Shown piece after piece: positions 1 to 10,134 of a DNA stretch of 57,163 bases. The position numbers and the translations under genes are program-made. The notes beneath the pieces are model-generated. The model was given only the letters and a program-made list of their open reading frames with translations. It did no database searches and was not told where the DNA came from. The stretch lies in IMG/VR virus record IMGVR_UViG_3300022916_001241. One strand, given 5' to 3'. The DNA comes from an uncultured virus (IMG/VR IMGVR_UViG_3300022916_001241) (taxonomy: Duplodnaviria > Heunggongvirae > Uroviricota > Caudoviricetes). The number at the start of each line of letters is the position of its first letter. Within the stretch, counting starts at the first letter, position 1.

Positions 1-143
1 TATTTTGATGTCCTAGCGTCATTAGCATCAACAATTAAATCACAGTCGCCGCCCCAAAAATCACAAAAAGAAATCCAAGGAACTTCAACACCACGCTTCA
101 ACAAAGAGTCCGAAATTATGGCTACATTACCACTTTCAATCAT
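1..143 (-). CDS. 5' part of a hypothetical protein (MIESGNVAIISDSLLKRG...), truncated by the window edge
   Basis: ATG at 143 with GGAGG upstream (155-159); frame stays open to the window start; translated by hand. Confidence 0.6.
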   Translation of the reverse strand, partial: MIESGNVAIISDSLLKRGVEVPWISFCDFWGGDCDLIVDANDARTSK

Positions 144-160
144 AAATCACAAAGCCTCCA

Positions 161-1522
161 TTAAATTAAATAATCTGAAATACTAACTGAGTTATTTCTA
201 TTGCCAATATAATAATTCATATTTTCAACAAATTTATTTCTTTTATGTACAGCCACACCTAACTCACTATCACTCCATTCTGTAAGATTAACCCGTAGCT
301 TATTAAATCCACCTTGAAGTGAAATTAAATATTTTTCTATATCATCAATATTATTATTTATTATACCATTGTTAACACAATAATCAAACAACCACGATCC
401 AGGAAGAGGTGTTATGTTTGCAAATCCCATAGAAACACCATGCCTCCTAAAAATATCCTTCAAATCAAATAAAAAACTCAAAGTATCATTAAAAGATTTA
501 TTATTCTCACCCAAAAAACCAAATATCAATTGTATGTTAGGTCTTATTCCAAATTTATCACACTTAACAATTGCATTATATATATTTTCTACATTAGCCC
601 CTTTATTCATCTTTATTAAAATATCATCACTACAGCTTTCAACACCAAAAGTTATAGTAAAACAATTGTTACTTGAAGCAACAGCTAATATATCATCATT
701 AACTAAATTGACCCTACCATTAGCATACCATTTACCATATTTGCCAACAGTCTCAGAAATATTAGTAGCACGATCAACACTAGACAATGCCAACTCATCA
801 CAAATAGCCACATAATCAAAACCAAAAGAAGCATTTTTATTATAAAAATCTAATTCATCTTTAATAGAATCAATACTCCTCATTGTATACTTGTCAAACA
901 TTCTAGAACAAAAATGACAATTATATGGACATCCACGACTAGTCATAATTGTATATATTCTATTTGATCTCATAATATTATTAATAAAAAAACCTTCATA
1001 ATCTGGAACCACATCGCAACTCTCTGGTTCCCAACAAGTAAGATCATTAACAACAATATTATCATCATCATCCAAATAAGCAACCCCATTTATATATTTT
1101 AAATCAAAAGAATCAACAAAATCAATTAAAAACCTTTCAGCATCTCTTAAAAAACAAATATCAATATTTGTCTTTAATAAAACAATATCATAATTAAACC
1201 TAGCTAAACATCCACCCAGAACTATTGAAACATTATCCAAACTTTCCTTTATTATAGACGACAACCACTTAACATATGCATATTGTGTTGACATAGCAGT
1301 GATACCAACAAAGTCGATACTTTTACCCTTAAAAAACTTAAGTCTATTAACAACATCATTATTACTCAAATTCTCTGAGTTTATATCTAAAACATAAACA
1401 CTATGACCATCATTCCTTAAAATTCTTTTCACAATAGCTAGCCCAACTGGAAATTGCGTAGAATGCCGATAATCAGCCGAATCAGATAAACATGTTTTAG
1501 GGTTAATTAATAAAATGTTCAT
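161..1522 (-). CDS. cobalamin-binding radical SAM protein (class B methyltransferase-like)
   Basis: N-terminal B12-binding-like domain (MNILLINP...P.GL...VGITAM...IVLGG); TSRGCPYNCHFC CxxxCxxC motif; FGVES; TPLPGS. Confidence 0.9.
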   Translation of the reverse strand: MNILLINPKTCLSDSADYRHSTQFPVGLAIVKRILRNDGHSVYVLDINSENLSNNDVVNRLKFFKGKSIDFVGITAMSTQYAYVKWLSSIIKESLDNVSIVLGGCLARFNYDIVLLKTNIDICFLRDAERFLIDFVDSFDLKYINGVAYLDDDDNIVVNDLTCWEPESCDVVPDYEGFFINNIMRSNRIYTIMTSRGCPYNCHFCSRMFDKYTMRSIDSIKDELDFYNKNASFGFDYVAICDELALSSVDRATNISETVGKYGKWYANGRVNLVNDDILAVASSNNCFTITFGVESCSDDILIKMNKGANVENIYNAIVKCDKFGIRPNIQLIFGFLGENNKSFNDTLSFLFDLKDIFRRHGVSMGFANITPLPGSWLFDYCVNNGIINNNIDDIEKYLISLQGGFNKLRVNLTEWSDSELGVAVHKRNKFVENMNYYIGNRNNSVSISDYLI

Positions 1523-2639
1523 ATATTACACCAAAAATCCTTTGTGGGCAGTCGCCACACATTAAATCAAAATTAAGAAAATTATCTTTACAAAAGCTCA
1601 CAATATCGCTATTGTTATTTTTATAATGTTCTAAAAAGCTACAAATCTTTTTACCAAAACCAACACAGTCAATATTATCAGAAAAATTTATACACATATC
1701 ATCATTAATATAATTAGCCATATTACTACTATCATCAAAAAAAGGTAAAACAACATTGCCCATAAAAAATGACTCAAAAAAAGATGCTGACCTTGAATTA
1801 CACACAATACAATCAAACTTGTTAAAAACATCATATATATTATCAAAAACAACATGTGATTTAACAAAAAGAGACTTGCTACTAAAAATAGCACCAGAAT
1901 GATCATAAGGGTGAAAATTTAAAAATAAATTATATTTACTAGTAAAACTATCATCTTTAACAAAGCTATCAAACAAGTCAATAATATAATTATTCCAACT
2001 TAAAATACTATCAAATAAAATACAAATATTAATTTTTTTATTACTATCAATCTTCTCACTTAATAAGCTATAATCACAAATATACTTATCACAATATTTA
2101 AACTTTAAAAATTCAAATTTAAGACTACCAACATTAACAATGTCATCAAGACAATTATCAAACTCATAATTTTTGTTATTACCAATAGAATTAACATTAT
2201 CACTAAAGCTACTATCACCGAAAACAAAAGCTTTATTAGCTAAACAAGTCAGCTTATTTGTTTTTTCGTTAACAACAACACCATTGCCAGTTCCCATTAA
2301 AATACGAAACATATATACATTATTATTCAAACAATAGTTATATATTGAACGCCAACTTGAATCAAAGTCTCTTAAAATAAATAAAACACAACAACTGTTA
2401 TTTACATCTTTAAGGATACTAAAATCAAAACCAACAAAATTATATATATCACAAAACTCAGAATATAAACTATTAAAATTATCATGAAAAAGACTCTTTT
2501 TGTCAACATAAGAACCATGTATGTTTATGACATCAATGTCAAAAATATTATTATCATTATTAAACTTCAGAATAGGAAATAAATAATAACCAACATCTGG
2601 AGAGCAGAAGTCACAAATAATTTTTAACTTAAACATCAC
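1503..2639 (-). CDS. putative GT-B fold glycosyl/glycerophosphotransferase-like protein
   Basis: VGSLKFE, FHPYD, SASFFES motifs; paralogous to 2629..3720; sugar cluster context. Confidence 0.5.
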   Translation of the reverse strand: MMFKLKIICDFCSPDVGYYLFPILKFNNDNNIFDIDVINIHGSYVDKKSLFHDNFNSLYSEFCDIYNFVGFDFSILKDVNNSCCVLFILRDFDSSWRSIYNYCLNNNVYMFRILMGTGNGVVVNEKTNKLTCLANKAFVFGDSSFSDNVNSIGNNKNYEFDNCLDDIVNVGSLKFEFLKFKYCDKYICDYSLLSEKIDSNKKINICILFDSILSWNNYIIDLFDSFVKDDSFTSKYNLFLNFHPYDHSGAIFSSKSLFVKSHVVFDNIYDVFNKFDCIVCNSRSASFFESFFMGNVVLPFFDDSSNMANYINDDMCINFSDNIDCVGFGKKICSFLEHYKNNNSDIVSFCKDNFLNFDLMCGDCPQRIFGVIYEHFIN

Positions 2640-3720
2640 AACAACAAATATTAATAATTTTATTAACTATAAAACTAGAGGAATCAAAATCTAAAGAAAT
2701 AACATTTTCAATTAAATATTTTGACATATATAAACTTGAACAATCATATCCATTAAAATCATCAATAATATTTTTTAATATTTCACAATTATAAATAATT
2801 GAAACACTTTCACCATCAAAAAAATTAACAAAATTATTACTATAATACGGTAACAAAGCAACCCTAACGTTAGCTGCTAATGCCTCTATTGCTGATGATG
2901 AGCCAAAAAAACACACCCATAAATCCGACATTCTAAAATCATCATATATACTAACACTCGACACATAATCAAACTTATCACCAAACAAACCATCAAGCTC
3001 ATTAATTAGCTCTGGAGATGATCCTATATGATGACGAGCACATACGTTTATATCCATGTTATTTGCCAACAACCTAAAGTTGTTCCAATCTGGGTCACTT
3101 AATATACTTTCCAGCACCTCAAATTGTTCATAAACATTATCTAACGCAAACATTATACATCTTTTATTTTTATTATCACCAGTACATATACTTTCTTGCC
3201 CTTTAAAAGCATTTCTTATATATTGTACTTTAAGTGAGCCAGCACAAAACAACCTATCCTTGACCTCTAAATTACTATCAACAGTAGTATTCCCATATAC
3301 AAAAGCATAATTAGCCATCAATGTTGCCTTGCTAGTACCCCTATAAAATATGCCAGGGCCAAGACCTCTAAAAATCCTAAACATTGGAAAAGAAAAGTAT
3401 TCTCTTAACTTATAATAAAAAGTTAATGCCAATGGTACATTTGATTTAAGCAAATTAATAACAACAGAGTTTTTATCAAAACATTCTACACTAAAGCTAT
3501 CCTCATAAAAAACATTTAATTTACTATCACTAAAAACATCATCACTCAAAATACTACCAGATAAAACCTTATTTTTGTTGTAAGGTGGATTAGCAAAAAT
3601 AACACTAACATTAAAACCATTTTCAAAAAATTTATTACATAGAGGTTTAAAAAACATTAATGAGTCTTCATAAAAATCCAATAACACTATTATACTATTT
3701 ATGTTTAAATTATAACTCAT
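2629..3720 (-). CDS. putative GT-B fold glycosyl/glycerophosphotransferase-like protein
   Basis: AGSLKVQ, RHH, GSSSAIEAL motifs; shares MFRI..G.G...T..AN.AFV.G with 1503..2639. Confidence 0.5.
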   Translation of the reverse strand: MSYNLNINSIIVLLDFYEDSLMFFKPLCNKFFENGFNVSVIFANPPYNKNKVLSGSILSDDVFSDSKLNVFYEDSFSVECFDKNSVVINLLKSNVPLALTFYYKLREYFSFPMFRIFRGLGPGIFYRGTSKATLMANYAFVYGNTTVDSNLEVKDRLFCAGSLKVQYIRNAFKGQESICTGDNKNKRCIMFALDNVYEQFEVLESILSDPDWNNFRLLANNMDINVCARHHIGSSPELINELDGLFGDKFDYVSSVSIYDDFRMSDLWVCFFGSSSAIEALAANVRVALLPYYSNNFVNFFDGESVSIIYNCEILKNIIDDFNGYDCSSLYMSKYLIENVISLDFDSSSFIVNKIINICCCDV

Positions 3721-3732
3721 AAATTAAAATAA

Positions 3733-5907
3733 TTAAAGTTTATCACTATAAACACTATTAAAAAACTTTTTGTCATTATAGTCAACCAATCTACTAGGAG
3801 AGTTTATTTTAAAATCAATCTTTTTATCCTTACAATACCTTAAAGCATAATCAAAATAAACAAAACTAATACGATCATCATTAATATCACAACAGTCAAT
3901 ACCAATTACATTAATTTTACTTGGGTTTCCACATAAGGCTAATTTAATTGCCAAAAAATTATTACTATAACTTCTTATAAAATTAAATTTATCACAATCA
4001 AACTTAAAGTCATAATAACTAAACACTGAGTTATAATTATTCACCAAATTAAAAACCTTTATATTATTATTATTATTAATACTTAAAGAATTATTTAAAA
4101 CAATAACAGCAGTGTCTTTTTTTCTATTAATAATTTTCTTACCATACTTACAAAAAGCTTCATAATCAGAAAAAATACCAACATCACAATTATAAACACA
4201 ATTAGCCGAATCTACCCCAAAAACAATCGTATTTGAACTATTCTTCAAACTATTTATCTTATTAAAATTATAACTACTTAAAACATCTAAGTTATCACAC
4301 AATACAACAATGTTATTAATCATCTTATCATTGTTAATTATATGTTTTTTCAAATAAGGAAAATTATATAACATATTATTATTATCAATAGAACTATTAT
4401 TATCAAACTTATTACTTACCAAATCATGAAAACAACCAATGTCAAATTCATTATGAGAAACACTTAAAACATTAACAGCCTTTTTATCATCAATAATACC
4501 ACAACTATTATCAATCAAATTCTTTTTCTTAGAAATAGTATATTTAAAATCACTTTTATATTTATTAACTAAATTATTTACATTTTTTATTTTAGATCCA
4601 ACATAAGTCTTATCATTACTAATAAAATTTTTACCAATACTAAATTTAACACTATTAACATAATCAATATACCTTCTAGATAAGTCTTTATAACTCATAA
4701 AATAATAATCTTTATCCTCCTCAACATATATTGACGGAGTTAACCACTTAAGTTCTATATCACTCTCACAACAATATTTTTTTACCATGTGAAACAACAT
4801 GGTGTTTTCATCGTTTCTTATCTTTATGTGATTTTTAAGAGCACTATTATTAGAACCTACTATCTTATTATACGCCACGTTAGTTAATGATGGATCGCCA
4901 GCCCAATTATTATCTAAAATATCTTTAACTTTAGGAGAACCACAATCAACTCTGCCATCAAACCCAATTAAAAATATCTTAGAAAACCCCAAAGATAAAG
5001 CAGATTTTATAGCAAACAAACCCAAATCATTACCAGATCTAGCTAAAGAAAAATTATCAACATCATTTTTAAAAACATCATAATTTTTAGGTAAATCATA
5101 AGAATATTTAATATCAAAAAACATTTTATCATCAAAAATAGCTTCATCTGACTCATGGCTAGAATGCAAAATAGTGGCAATTTGAGGTTTGTTATCTATA
5201 AAAGATCTATATTGAAACTGTTGCATTAATATCCCTGACGAACACCACACACAATCGGACTCACAAAAAATAGACCCACCATTACAAGACCATAAGTGGA
5301 CATTGCCATAAATCTTCCTGAGAGATTCTAAAACAGAAAAATCAAAATATTCGGTTGTCTTTCCACCACCAACTATCACACATACATCATTACTAAAGTT
5401 ATCACTAACATCATACTTTAAATAATTAGAAGAAAATTTAATATAAGAATCTTTAAAGTTTATCAAATCTTTGTCACACATACTATTATTTTTTGCTAAA
5501 AATGCAGAACTATCACTCTTAAACCTACCAACAAAGTCACTAGCACCTCCTCCAGACATATTAGTAATGTGCCATGGTTTATTCATGTTGTTGCCAGAAT
5601 TAAATTTAAACTTAAATTTATCATAACTATATTTTAAAATAAAGTCACTGTCACTATTATATTTATATTCAACAAGATCATTAATGTTAGCTTCTAACTT
5701 AACATCTTTATCTTTATTAATATTTAAATTCTTCTTTAATTTATTTTTATTGATATCTCCACTTTTATTAACACTTAAATTCTTTCTTAACTTGCTTTTA
5801 TTGATAATACTAACTTCATTAGGCTTGGCCACAACCGTAACGCTAACCTGTTCTTTTTTTTCTTTCCTCTCCTTCTTCCTACTAATGTTCTTTAATGAAG
5901 ATACCAT
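3733..5907 (-). CDS. Maf/DUF115 (MptE-like) putative nonulosonate transferase with a second degenerate Maf-like domain
   Basis: CVIVGGGKT, WSCN, ALSLGFSKIFLIGFD; second copy LALCGNPSKINVIGIDC; start MVSS follows GGAGG. Confidence 0.6.
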   Translation of the reverse strand: MVSSLKNISRKKERKEKKEQVSVTVVAKPNEVSIINKSKLRKNLSVNKSGDINKNKLKKNLNINKDKDVKLEANINDLVEYKYNSDSDFILKYSYDKFKFKFNSGNNMNKPWHITNMSGGGASDFVGRFKSDSSAFLAKNNSMCDKDLINFKDSYIKFSSNYLKYDVSDNFSNDVCVIVGGGKTTEYFDFSVLESLRKIYGNVHLWSCNGGSIFCESDCVWCSSGILMQQFQYRSFIDNKPQIATILHSSHESDEAIFDDKMFFDIKYSYDLPKNYDVFKNDVDNFSLARSGNDLGLFAIKSALSLGFSKIFLIGFDGRVDCGSPKVKDILDNNWAGDPSLTNVAYNKIVGSNNSALKNHIKIRNDENTMLFHMVKKYCCESDIELKWLTPSIYVEEDKDYYFMSYKDLSRRYIDYVNSVKFSIGKNFISNDKTYVGSKIKNVNNLVNKYKSDFKYTISKKKNLIDNSCGIIDDKKAVNVLSVSHNEFDIGCFHDLVSNKFDNNSSIDNNNMLYNFPYLKKHIINNDKMINNIVVLCDNLDVLSSYNFNKINSLKNSSNTIVFGVDSANCVYNCDVGIFSDYEAFCKYGKKIINRKKDTAVIVLNNSLSINNNNNIKVFNLVNNYNSVFSYYDFKFDCDKFNFIRSYSNNFLAIKLALCGNPSKINVIGIDCCDINDDRISFVYFDYALRYCKDKKIDFKINSPSRLVDYNDKKFFNSVYSDKL
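4633..5695 (+). repeat. direct repeat copy 1 (about 1.06 kb) of the Maf-like gene segment
   Basis: long stretches identical to 7020-8079, e.g. ccaatactaaatttaacactattaacataatcaatataccttctaga. Confidence 0.95.
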
Positions 5908-5959
5908 AAAAAAACCTCCCATTATAAATTAAACTCACAATACATTAAAAATATTTTTA

Positions 5960-7009
5960 TTATTCGCCAACACTTTCTTCATCAAATGACATATCAATAT
6001 AAACATCTTTAACTGCAATTTTTCCAACAACCTTATCAATATCACCAATAAAAAAGCCTGCATTTGCCCTCTTAAAACAAACATCATCAGCAGATATAAC
6101 ACAACCAGAACATACTTTATTTTTAGCAACCAACCTTTTTCTAACAACAGAATTATATTTTGACTCACTCACTGAAAAACTGTTAATGTCTCCACTGCCC
6201 AAAGCATTTTCGGCTTGTCTCACATAATTAACAAACTTATAAAGCTCATTTAATTCTAAAGCAGACTCAAAATCTTCTCCCCTTTCAAATCTAGAATATG
6301 TAATATGTTTTTCTATATAATTACATCCCTTAGAGATAGCCATTAATGGCAAAATTAAACTTAAACTACTGTCAGCATCTAAGTGATCAGCCAAGCCAAC
6401 ATCACAATCAACAAAACTATTGCTTAAAGTGTCTAAACAATTCAAATTTAAGCTATTGACATCAGATGGGAAATTTTGAACACCATGCAATAAAACAACA
6501 TTACTACCACCAAACTTATTTACAATACATTTTATTTCATTAAAATTAGATGCGCCACACCTAACAAAAACTTTTCTTATATTATCAAACTTATTAAAAG
6601 CAAAATGTATATTATCAATTAATGACTTTTCATCTACAATAGCTGGAGCTATGCACATATAATCAACTAACGAACAATCTAGTCTTGAAAAAGATTCACT
6701 GTCATTAATCATAACAGATGTTAATAAATTAAACTTTTTAGACAAATATAATAATTTATTTATATCTTCAACACATATGTTGTTATCTAGTAAAAATTTA
6801 TATATATCACTTACACCTCTTTTAGAAACAGATAAACCATCTTTGTTACCATAGTCTTTAGTTATATACGAAGGAATGTCTGTAATATGAAAATTAATTA
6901 TATCAACAGCCGCCAACGATGCATTTTTAACTAACATTTTTGCCTTATCGAGATCACCATCATGCGCCCAGGCAACTTCTGCTATTATTTTAACCTTATT
7001 ATTTGACAC
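5960..7009 (-). CDS. neuB: NeuB-family nonulosonic acid synthase (divergent) with C-terminal SAF domain
   Basis: IIAEVAWAHDGD, GLADH, IEKHIT, RKRLVAK...DVCFKR SAF domain; GTG start after GGAGG. Confidence 0.85.
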   Translation of the reverse strand: MSNNKVKIIAEVAWAHDGDLDKAKMLVKNASLAAVDIINFHITDIPSYITKDYGNKDGLSVSKRGVSDIYKFLLDNNICVEDINKLLYLSKKFNLLTSVMINDSESFSRLDCSLVDYMCIAPAIVDEKSLIDNIHFAFNKFDNIRKVFVRCGASNFNEIKCIVNKFGGSNVVLLHGVQNFPSDVNSLNLNCLDTLSNSFVDCDVGLADHLDADSSLSLILPLMAISKGCNYIEKHITYSRFERGEDFESALELNELYKFVNYVRQAENALGSGDINSFSVSESKYNSVVRKRLVAKNKVCSGCVISADDVCFKRANAGFFIGDIDKVVGKIAVKDVYIDMSFDEESVGE

Positions 7010-8252
7010 CACGCCCTCCACCAATACTAAATTTAACACTATTAACATAATCAATATACCTTCTAGACAAATCTTTATAACTCATAAAATAACGACCCTT
7101 ATCCCTCTCAACATATATTGACGGAGTTAACCACTTAAGCTCTATATCATTCTCACAACAATATTTTTTTACCATATTAAATAACATAATATTTTGATTG
7201 TTTCTTTTCTTTATATGCTTTTTAAAAACACTATCATTAGAATTTATTATCTTATTATACTCCGCACTAATCAATGACGGATCGCCAGCCCAATTATTAT
7301 CTAAAATATCTTTAACTTTAGAAGAACCACAATCAATTCTGCCATCAAACCCAACTAAAAAAACTTTAGAAAACCCCAAAGATAAAGCAGATTTTATAGC
7401 AAACATACCTAAGTCATCACCAGATCTAGCCAAAGAAAAATTATCAACATCATTTTTAAAAACATCATAATTTTTAGGTAAATCATAAGAATATTTAATA
7501 TGAAAAAACATTTTATCATCAAAAATAGCTTCATCTGACCCATGGCTATAATGTAAAATAGTGGCAATTTGAGGTTTGTTATCTATAAAAGATCTATATT
7601 GAAAATCTAGTATTCGCTTGTCTGACGAACACCACACACAATCGGACTCACAAAAAGTAGACCCACCATTACAAGACCATAAGTGGACATTGCCATAAAT
7701 CTTCCTGAGAGATTCTAAAACAGAAAAATCAAAATATTCGGTTGTCTTTCCACCACCAACTATCACACATACATCATTACTAAAGTTATTACTAACATCA
7801 TACTTTAAATAATTAGAAGAAAACTTAGTGTAAGAATCTTTAAAGTTTATTAAATATTTGTCGCACGCACCGCTATCTTTTGCTAAAAATGAAGAACTAT
7901 CACTCTTAAACCTACCAACAAAGTCACTAACACCTCCTGGCATATTAGTAATATGCCATGGTTTATTCATACTATTACCAGAATTAAATTTAAACTTAAA
8001 CTTGTCATAACTATATTTTAAAATAAAGTCACTATCACTATTATATTTATATTCAAAAAAATTATTAATGTTGGCTTCTGCAACTTCGGGCCTAACACTT
8101 TTACTTTTATTTAAATTCTTTTTTAGCTTATTTTTATTGATAATGTCAACTTCATTAGGTTTAACAACAGTAACGGTACTAGCCCGCTCTTTTTTTACAA
8201 CAACACTACCCTTACCTTTCTTCCTATTAACATTCCTTAACGAAGATGCCAT
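6999..8252 (-). CDS. Maf/DUF115-like putative nonulosonate transferase (single-domain paralogue)
   Basis: near-identical to the N-terminal half of 3733..5907; CVIVGGGKT, LGFSKVFLVGFD. Confidence 0.6.
   Translation of the reverse strand: MASSLRNVNRKKGKGSVVVKKERASTVTVVKPNEVDIINKNKLKKNLNKSKSVRPEVAEANINNFFEYKYNSDSDFILKYSYDKFKFKFNSGNSMNKPWHITNMPGGVSDFVGRFKSDSSSFLAKDSGACDKYLINFKDSYTKFSSNYLKYDVSNNFSNDVCVIVGGGKTTEYFDFSVLESLRKIYGNVHLWSCNGGSTFCESDCVWCSSDKRILDFQYRSFIDNKPQIATILHYSHGSDEAIFDDKMFFHIKYSYDLPKNYDVFKNDVDNFSLARSGDDLGMFAIKSALSLGFSKVFLVGFDGRIDCGSSKVKDILDNNWAGDPSLISAEYNKIINSNDSVFKKHIKKRNNQNIMLFNMVKKYCCENDIELKWLTPSIYVERDKGRYFMSYKDLSRRYIDYVNSVKFSIGGGRGVK
7020..8079 (+). repeat. direct repeat copy 2 of the Maf-like gene segment
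   Basis: matches 4633-5695 at nucleotide level. Confidence 0.95.
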
Positions 8253-8263
8253 ATTAAGTTCTC

Positions 8264-9247
8264 CTACCAAATAAAATTAAATATATCATTTACATTTTTT
8301 TTATCATTAAATTTAACATTACCACAATTTCTTTTATAATTTCTATCCCCTAAAAATATAACATTATCCATATCAATCAACTTTGGTATTTCATAATACA
8401 AACAAGAACTATTAGAAATAAACTTGCCACAATTAACAACTAAGTTCAAAAAACTATCCTTCTCTAAATTATTATAAACAAAAACCATATTTGTAAACTC
8501 AAGCTTAATGTTACATATTTTATTATAAATAAGTTCATAATTAAGATCTTTATTACCAAATATAAAAACCAAACTATAACCTTTATTAACATAAAAATTA
8601 CAATGCTCTTCTATGCTACCAGCTATTTTCTTAGTATTGTTAACATCATTTTCTGGATGTACTAAAAATAAAATATATTTCTCATTATTATCTACAATAT
8701 TATCATAAATATCTTTACAGTCAAAAACTTTATTTTTTATAACATCTAAATCTATTAATGAAAATGATGGATTATTAAAAGCTTTAGCACAACACTCTTT
8801 ATTCACCACTGAAAACATATCATTGACAACACTAAGCGAACTATCTGAGAAACAAACTTGTTTGCTGCTCATTAATGTTATAATATGTCTAACAAAATCA
8901 TCATAGGTAGTAATCTTTTCAGACAAGTCCCCTGCTGCCAAATGAACCAACTCGACTCCAGCCATAAACGCTGCTGATGCTGTCATAAACATTTCCTTTC
9001 TGTCGCCCAATAAAACAACGACATCAACATTATTATTAACTATAAAAGAATAAGCTGCATTATACACATCGCCAAGTTTCGAATAATTCTCTTCTAAATT
9101 AAAACCACCATCAAACCAATTATTTATATTTACAACATTTATAAAATTTCCATACAGTTTAACAATAGGCTCTAATATAGAATATTCAGCACGACTGCTA
9201 TAAAACAATACAATGTTTTTATCAGTTTGTTCTTTCTTTAATTTCAT
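8264..9247 (-). CDS. neuC: UDP-N-acetylglucosamine 2-epimerase (hydrolysing), NeuC/LegG-like
   Basis: SRAEYSIL, VLLGDRKE, HLAAGD, HPE, NSSC motifs. Confidence 0.85.
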   Translation of the reverse strand: MKLKKEQTDKNIVLFYSSRAEYSILEPIVKLYGNFINVVNINNWFDGGFNLEENYSKLGDVYNAAYSFIVNNNVDVVVLLGDRKEMFMTASAAFMAGVELVHLAAGDLSEKITTYDDFVRHIITLMSSKQVCFSDSSLSVVNDMFSVVNKECCAKAFNNPSFSLIDLDVIKNKVFDCKDIYDNIVDNNEKYILFLVHPENDVNNTKKIAGSIEEHCNFYVNKGYSLVFIFGNKDLNYELIYNKICNIKLEFTNMVFVYNNLEKDSFLNLVVNCGKFISNSSCLYYEIPKLIDMDNVIFLGDRNYKRNCGNVKFNDKKNVNDIFNFIW

Positions 9248-10133
9248 TTAACCTTTCTTTATACTCATCTATCTTGCCACAATTAATACTATATAAATCT
9301 TCATTATCTGTTAGTATATTTAGTATTTGTGGAACATCAATATTATATACACTAACACAAGCATCTAAAATAATGTTAAAAAAGTCAAAATCCTCTTCGT
9401 AATCTAAAGTTAACCTTAACCTATCATCAAACTTATATGGAAAAATATATTCATTCTCATAAAACTTACCCTTAAATAAATGGCCCCAAACTTCTGTATC
9501 TGAGCTATTCTTATTAACCATTACTGCCTCAAGAGATTTCTTAGATATGCCATAACAATATAAGCCATCGGGAACCTCGTTGTAGTTAGAGTAAACATAT
9601 TCAAAGCCTTCTTGTAACTTATCATATGTATATTTAATTGCACCAAACGATGTAAATAAATTATCACCATCAATTATGATAGCACCGTCTAACCCAAAAT
9701 ATTCCATACAAGAATAATACCTATCTAGCTTATCATCAGGATGGCCTGCATAAACAGCTATACCACAATTATTTTTATTTTTAAACCTTGCTTTATCATT
9801 AACAGTATCAATATCAAAAAACTTATAATCATCCTTATAATATGATGTACATAAAACAATTGGAATGCTAGAAATTGGAGTGCTGGAACAAAAACAACAC
9901 AACAACCTATTTAAAATATAATCAATAACTGTGTCCCCACAATGACACGTCAACCTCTTAAACTCTTTATTTTTTAGCCTAGTTGACTTATCCCTAGCAG
10001 ATACAAATATAGCTATATTTTTATTATTATATAAGCCAAACAACTTTTTAAAAAAATACTTTATATAACCATCTTTGTTAATATTAAATCTGTCAATCCA
10101 CTTTTTACCATCAACAACATTACTTCTCTTCAT
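9222..10133 (-). CDS. SpsF/KdsB-like cytidylyltransferase
   Basis: SARDKSTRLKNK, DKLDRY, DGDN, LRLTLDYEEDF motifs. Confidence 0.85.
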   Translation of the reverse strand: MKRSNVVDGKKWIDRFNINKDGYIKYFFKKLFGLYNNKNIAIFVSARDKSTRLKNKEFKRLTCHCGDTVIDYILNRLLCCFCSSTPISSIPIVLCTSYYKDDYKFFDIDTVNDKARFKNKNNCGIAVYAGHPDDKLDRYYSCMEYFGLDGAIIIDGDNLFTSFGAIKYTYDKLQEGFEYVYSNYNEVPDGLYCYGISKKSLEAVMVNKNSSDTEVWGHLFKGKFYENEYIFPYKFDDRLRLTLDYEEDFDFFNIILDACVSVYNIDVPQILNILTDNEDLYSINCGKIDEYKERLNEIKERTN

Positions 10134-10134
10134 T

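Noticed and set aside
3733..8252. Diversity-generating retroelement template/variable repeat pair
   Set aside because: No reverse transcriptase in the window, both copies are coding and over 1 kb, and mismatches are not restricted to adenines.
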